DNA of 26,119 nucleotides from an uncultured Clostridia bacterium. GTDB lineage: Bacteria > Bacillota > Clostridia > Christensenellales > CAG-917. Location of the stretch: contig CALGEU010000366.1 of the NCBI GenBank assembly GCA_937881285.1, forward strand, positions 1-26,119. The letters run 5' to 3'. Both the position numbers and the translations under genes were made by a program. Below are positions 24,954 through 26,119 of this stretch, one piece after another (position 1 is the first letter of the stretch; each line of letters begins with the position of its first letter). The notes under the pieces were generated by a model. The model was not told the origin of the DNA, ran no database searches, and saw only the letters and a program-made list of their open reading frames with translations.

Positions 24954-25900
24954 GTGACGATAAGCGAAAGGTGTATTCAGGCGTAAAAATAACGCTGAAC
25001 TCTTTTATATCGCTGTTTGTGGCATGCGTGGTATTACTTATCGGCATATTTGTCGTTGATAATATCAACGCTACGCCGCGTGACGATGTTTCCTATTGGG
25101 TGAGCAAAATACTGATGGGCGTTTCGACGTTCTTGATAATGCTCTCAATGTCCAACATAACCGAAGAGAGTCGAAAAAAACACGATAAAGATTTTATCGA
25201 CCGGGTGAACGCTCTTGACGGACATTATAAAAAGATGATGGAACGACATGAAACAGTTGAACTTGAAACCTTTATCGAGCAAATAAACCGCGCGAATAAA
25301 TACAAGGCATTCGTCGAAGCCACCAAACGCAAATTAAACCATACTAGGAGAAGCAACGAAAAACGTATCAAGGCACTAGAGAAGCGTTTATTACTTTCGC
25401 CACAAGAAGTGTGGGACGGTGTTCGTGGCGTAAAGTATCACAAAGTGACATTCAACCAAATGGTTGCAGGCGAAACGGACGTTGCAGTAAAGGATGACGA
25501 ATACGATTTGCAAGTGAATAAGGGAAAATATACACTCAAAAAACTTGGCGTAAAAGCTCTTACAATAGTTGCATGTTCGGCGGTGGTTTTCGATTTTGCA
25601 TTTCACTTTAACGGTTTTACCAAAGATATGATAATGCCGTTAATTTTCAAAATCGTGTCGATGCTCATAGCAGTGTATAGCGGTGTTTCTTTCGGCTATT
25701 CAATGATGGAGCGCCGCAGGGCAACGGTTAAGAAAAAATTGCGTATCTTTTCCCAGTTTCGCGCAAGAATTGACGAACCGAATGGGAAAGTCGGGGATGA
25801 ACGTTTCACCGTAAATATTCCTACCGATGTCGCCGTCGAAAAAATTCGTACGAAATACGAAAGTCTCGCATCGGAAAATACAGCCTTAAAAGGCGTGTAG
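24950..25900 (+). CDS. Multi-pass membrane protein (2+2 TM around a basic helical domain)
   Basis: Hydrophobic pairs near residues 15-68 and 200-250; last gene before the terminator and att region. Confidence 0.8.
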   Translation: MSDDKRKVYSGVKITLNSFISLFVACVVLLIGIFVVDNINATPRDDVSYWVSKILMGVSTFLIMLSMSNITEESRKKHDKDFIDRVNALDGHYKKMMERHETVELETFIEQINRANKYKAFVEATKRKLNHTRRSNEKRIKALEKRLLLSPQEVWDGVRGVKYHKVTFNQMVAGETDVAVKDDEYDLQVNKGKYTLKKLGVKALTIVACSAVVFDFAFHFNGFTKDMIMPLIFKIVSMLIAVYSGVSFGYSMMERRRATVKKKLRIFSQFRARIDEPNGKVGDERFTVNIPTDVAVEKIRTKYESLASENTALKGV

Positions 25901-25904
25901 AATT

Positions 25905-25938
25905 AGACCGTCCATATAACGTGGGCGGTCTTTTTTTT
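25905..25938 (+). terminator. Terminator ending the late operon
   Basis: AGACCGTCCAT-ataac-GTGGGCGGTCT followed by a T run. Confidence 0.85.
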
Positions 25939-25943
25939 GCATT

Positions 25944-25997
25944 TTGTGGTAATACTTGTGGTAATAAAATTGTGCAAAACAGGGCAAAATAGGGCAA
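25944..25997. repeat. Tandem direct repeats, likely integrase-arm and excisionase sites
   Basis: TTGTGGTAATA x2 (25944-25954, 25956-25966) and AGGGCAA x2 (25981-25987, 25991-25997), 70-120 bp from the tRNA 3' end. Confidence 0.6.
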
Positions 25998-26029
25998 TTT
26001 TGAACAAATTTTGAAGCCTATAAAAATGC

Positions 26030-26057
26030 AAAAACCCTACTGTTTAGTAGGGTTTTT
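26030..26057 (-). terminator. Bidirectional-type terminator downstream of tRNA-Arg
   Basis: Perfect 12-bp stem AAAAACCCTACT-gttt-AGTAGGGTTTTT. Confidence 0.8.
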
Positions 26058-26064
26058 GTCAAAC

Positions 26065-26119
26065 TGGCGTAGCATAAGGGATTCGAACCCCTGACCTTCT
26101 GGTCCGTAGCCAGACGCTC
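26065..26119 (-). tRNA. tRNA-Arg (ACG), 3' 55 nt (5' end outside the window); probable att site
   Basis: Reverse complement GAGCG-TCTGG-CTACGGA-CCAGA-AGGTC-AGGGG-TTCGAAT-CCCTT-ATGCTAC-G-CCA. Confidence 0.92.

Larger units (their letters stand above)
1..26064 (+). mobile_element. Prophage (temperate Caudoviricetes), right part, ending at a tRNA-Arg att junction
   Basis: Co-oriented terminase-portal-minor capsid-capsid-connector-tail-fibre gene order; phage early genes; tRNA 3' end with integrase-arm-like repeats at the right edge. Integrase and left end lie outside the window. Confidence 0.93.

Noticed and set aside
319..25606. Many minus-strand and alternate-frame ORFs in the track (e.g. 584-1225, 6850-7572, 22095-22715)
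   Set aside because: They are shadows of well-supported + strand genes, with no RBS or recognisable motifs.
25944..25997. Short direct repeats as a CRISPR array
   Set aside because: The repeats are only 7-11 bp with no spacers and no cas genes.

Overview
This window is the right-hand ~26 kb of a temperate tailed phage (prophage) from a Firmicutes-type, probably Clostridia-like host; the host assignment is an inference. Nearly all genes are on the + strand. Order: early/accessory genes (PcfK/AcrIIA9-like, PcfJ-like, a shortened DnaN beta-clamp-like protein, an ASCH protein, small membrane proteins); a probable late promoter; a candidate toxin/immunity pair with tRNA-Gly(TCC) and tRNA-Ser(GCT); packaging and head genes; a very compact tail module with no long tape measure; baseplate and fibre genes; three membrane proteins where holin/endolysin are expected; and an att junction at a minus-strand tRNA-Arg(ACG). 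Most notable: (1) an apparently catalytically intact triosephosphate isomerase fused to a phage tail-type N-terminal module in the fibre cluster; (2) two small genes 9 kb apart that share an N-terminal KTQWITxxRxYSxxQ leader but carry unrelated toxin-like C-termini, one with a Prp-type cleavage motif, an internal promoter and a putative immunity gene, the other with a convergent antisense sRNA unit, together suggesting a virion-delivered polymorphic effector system; (3) a mini beta-clamp near a QLSLF clamp-binding protein; (4) a short tail and no recognisable endolysin. All family calls are by-eye motif recognition, not database searches.
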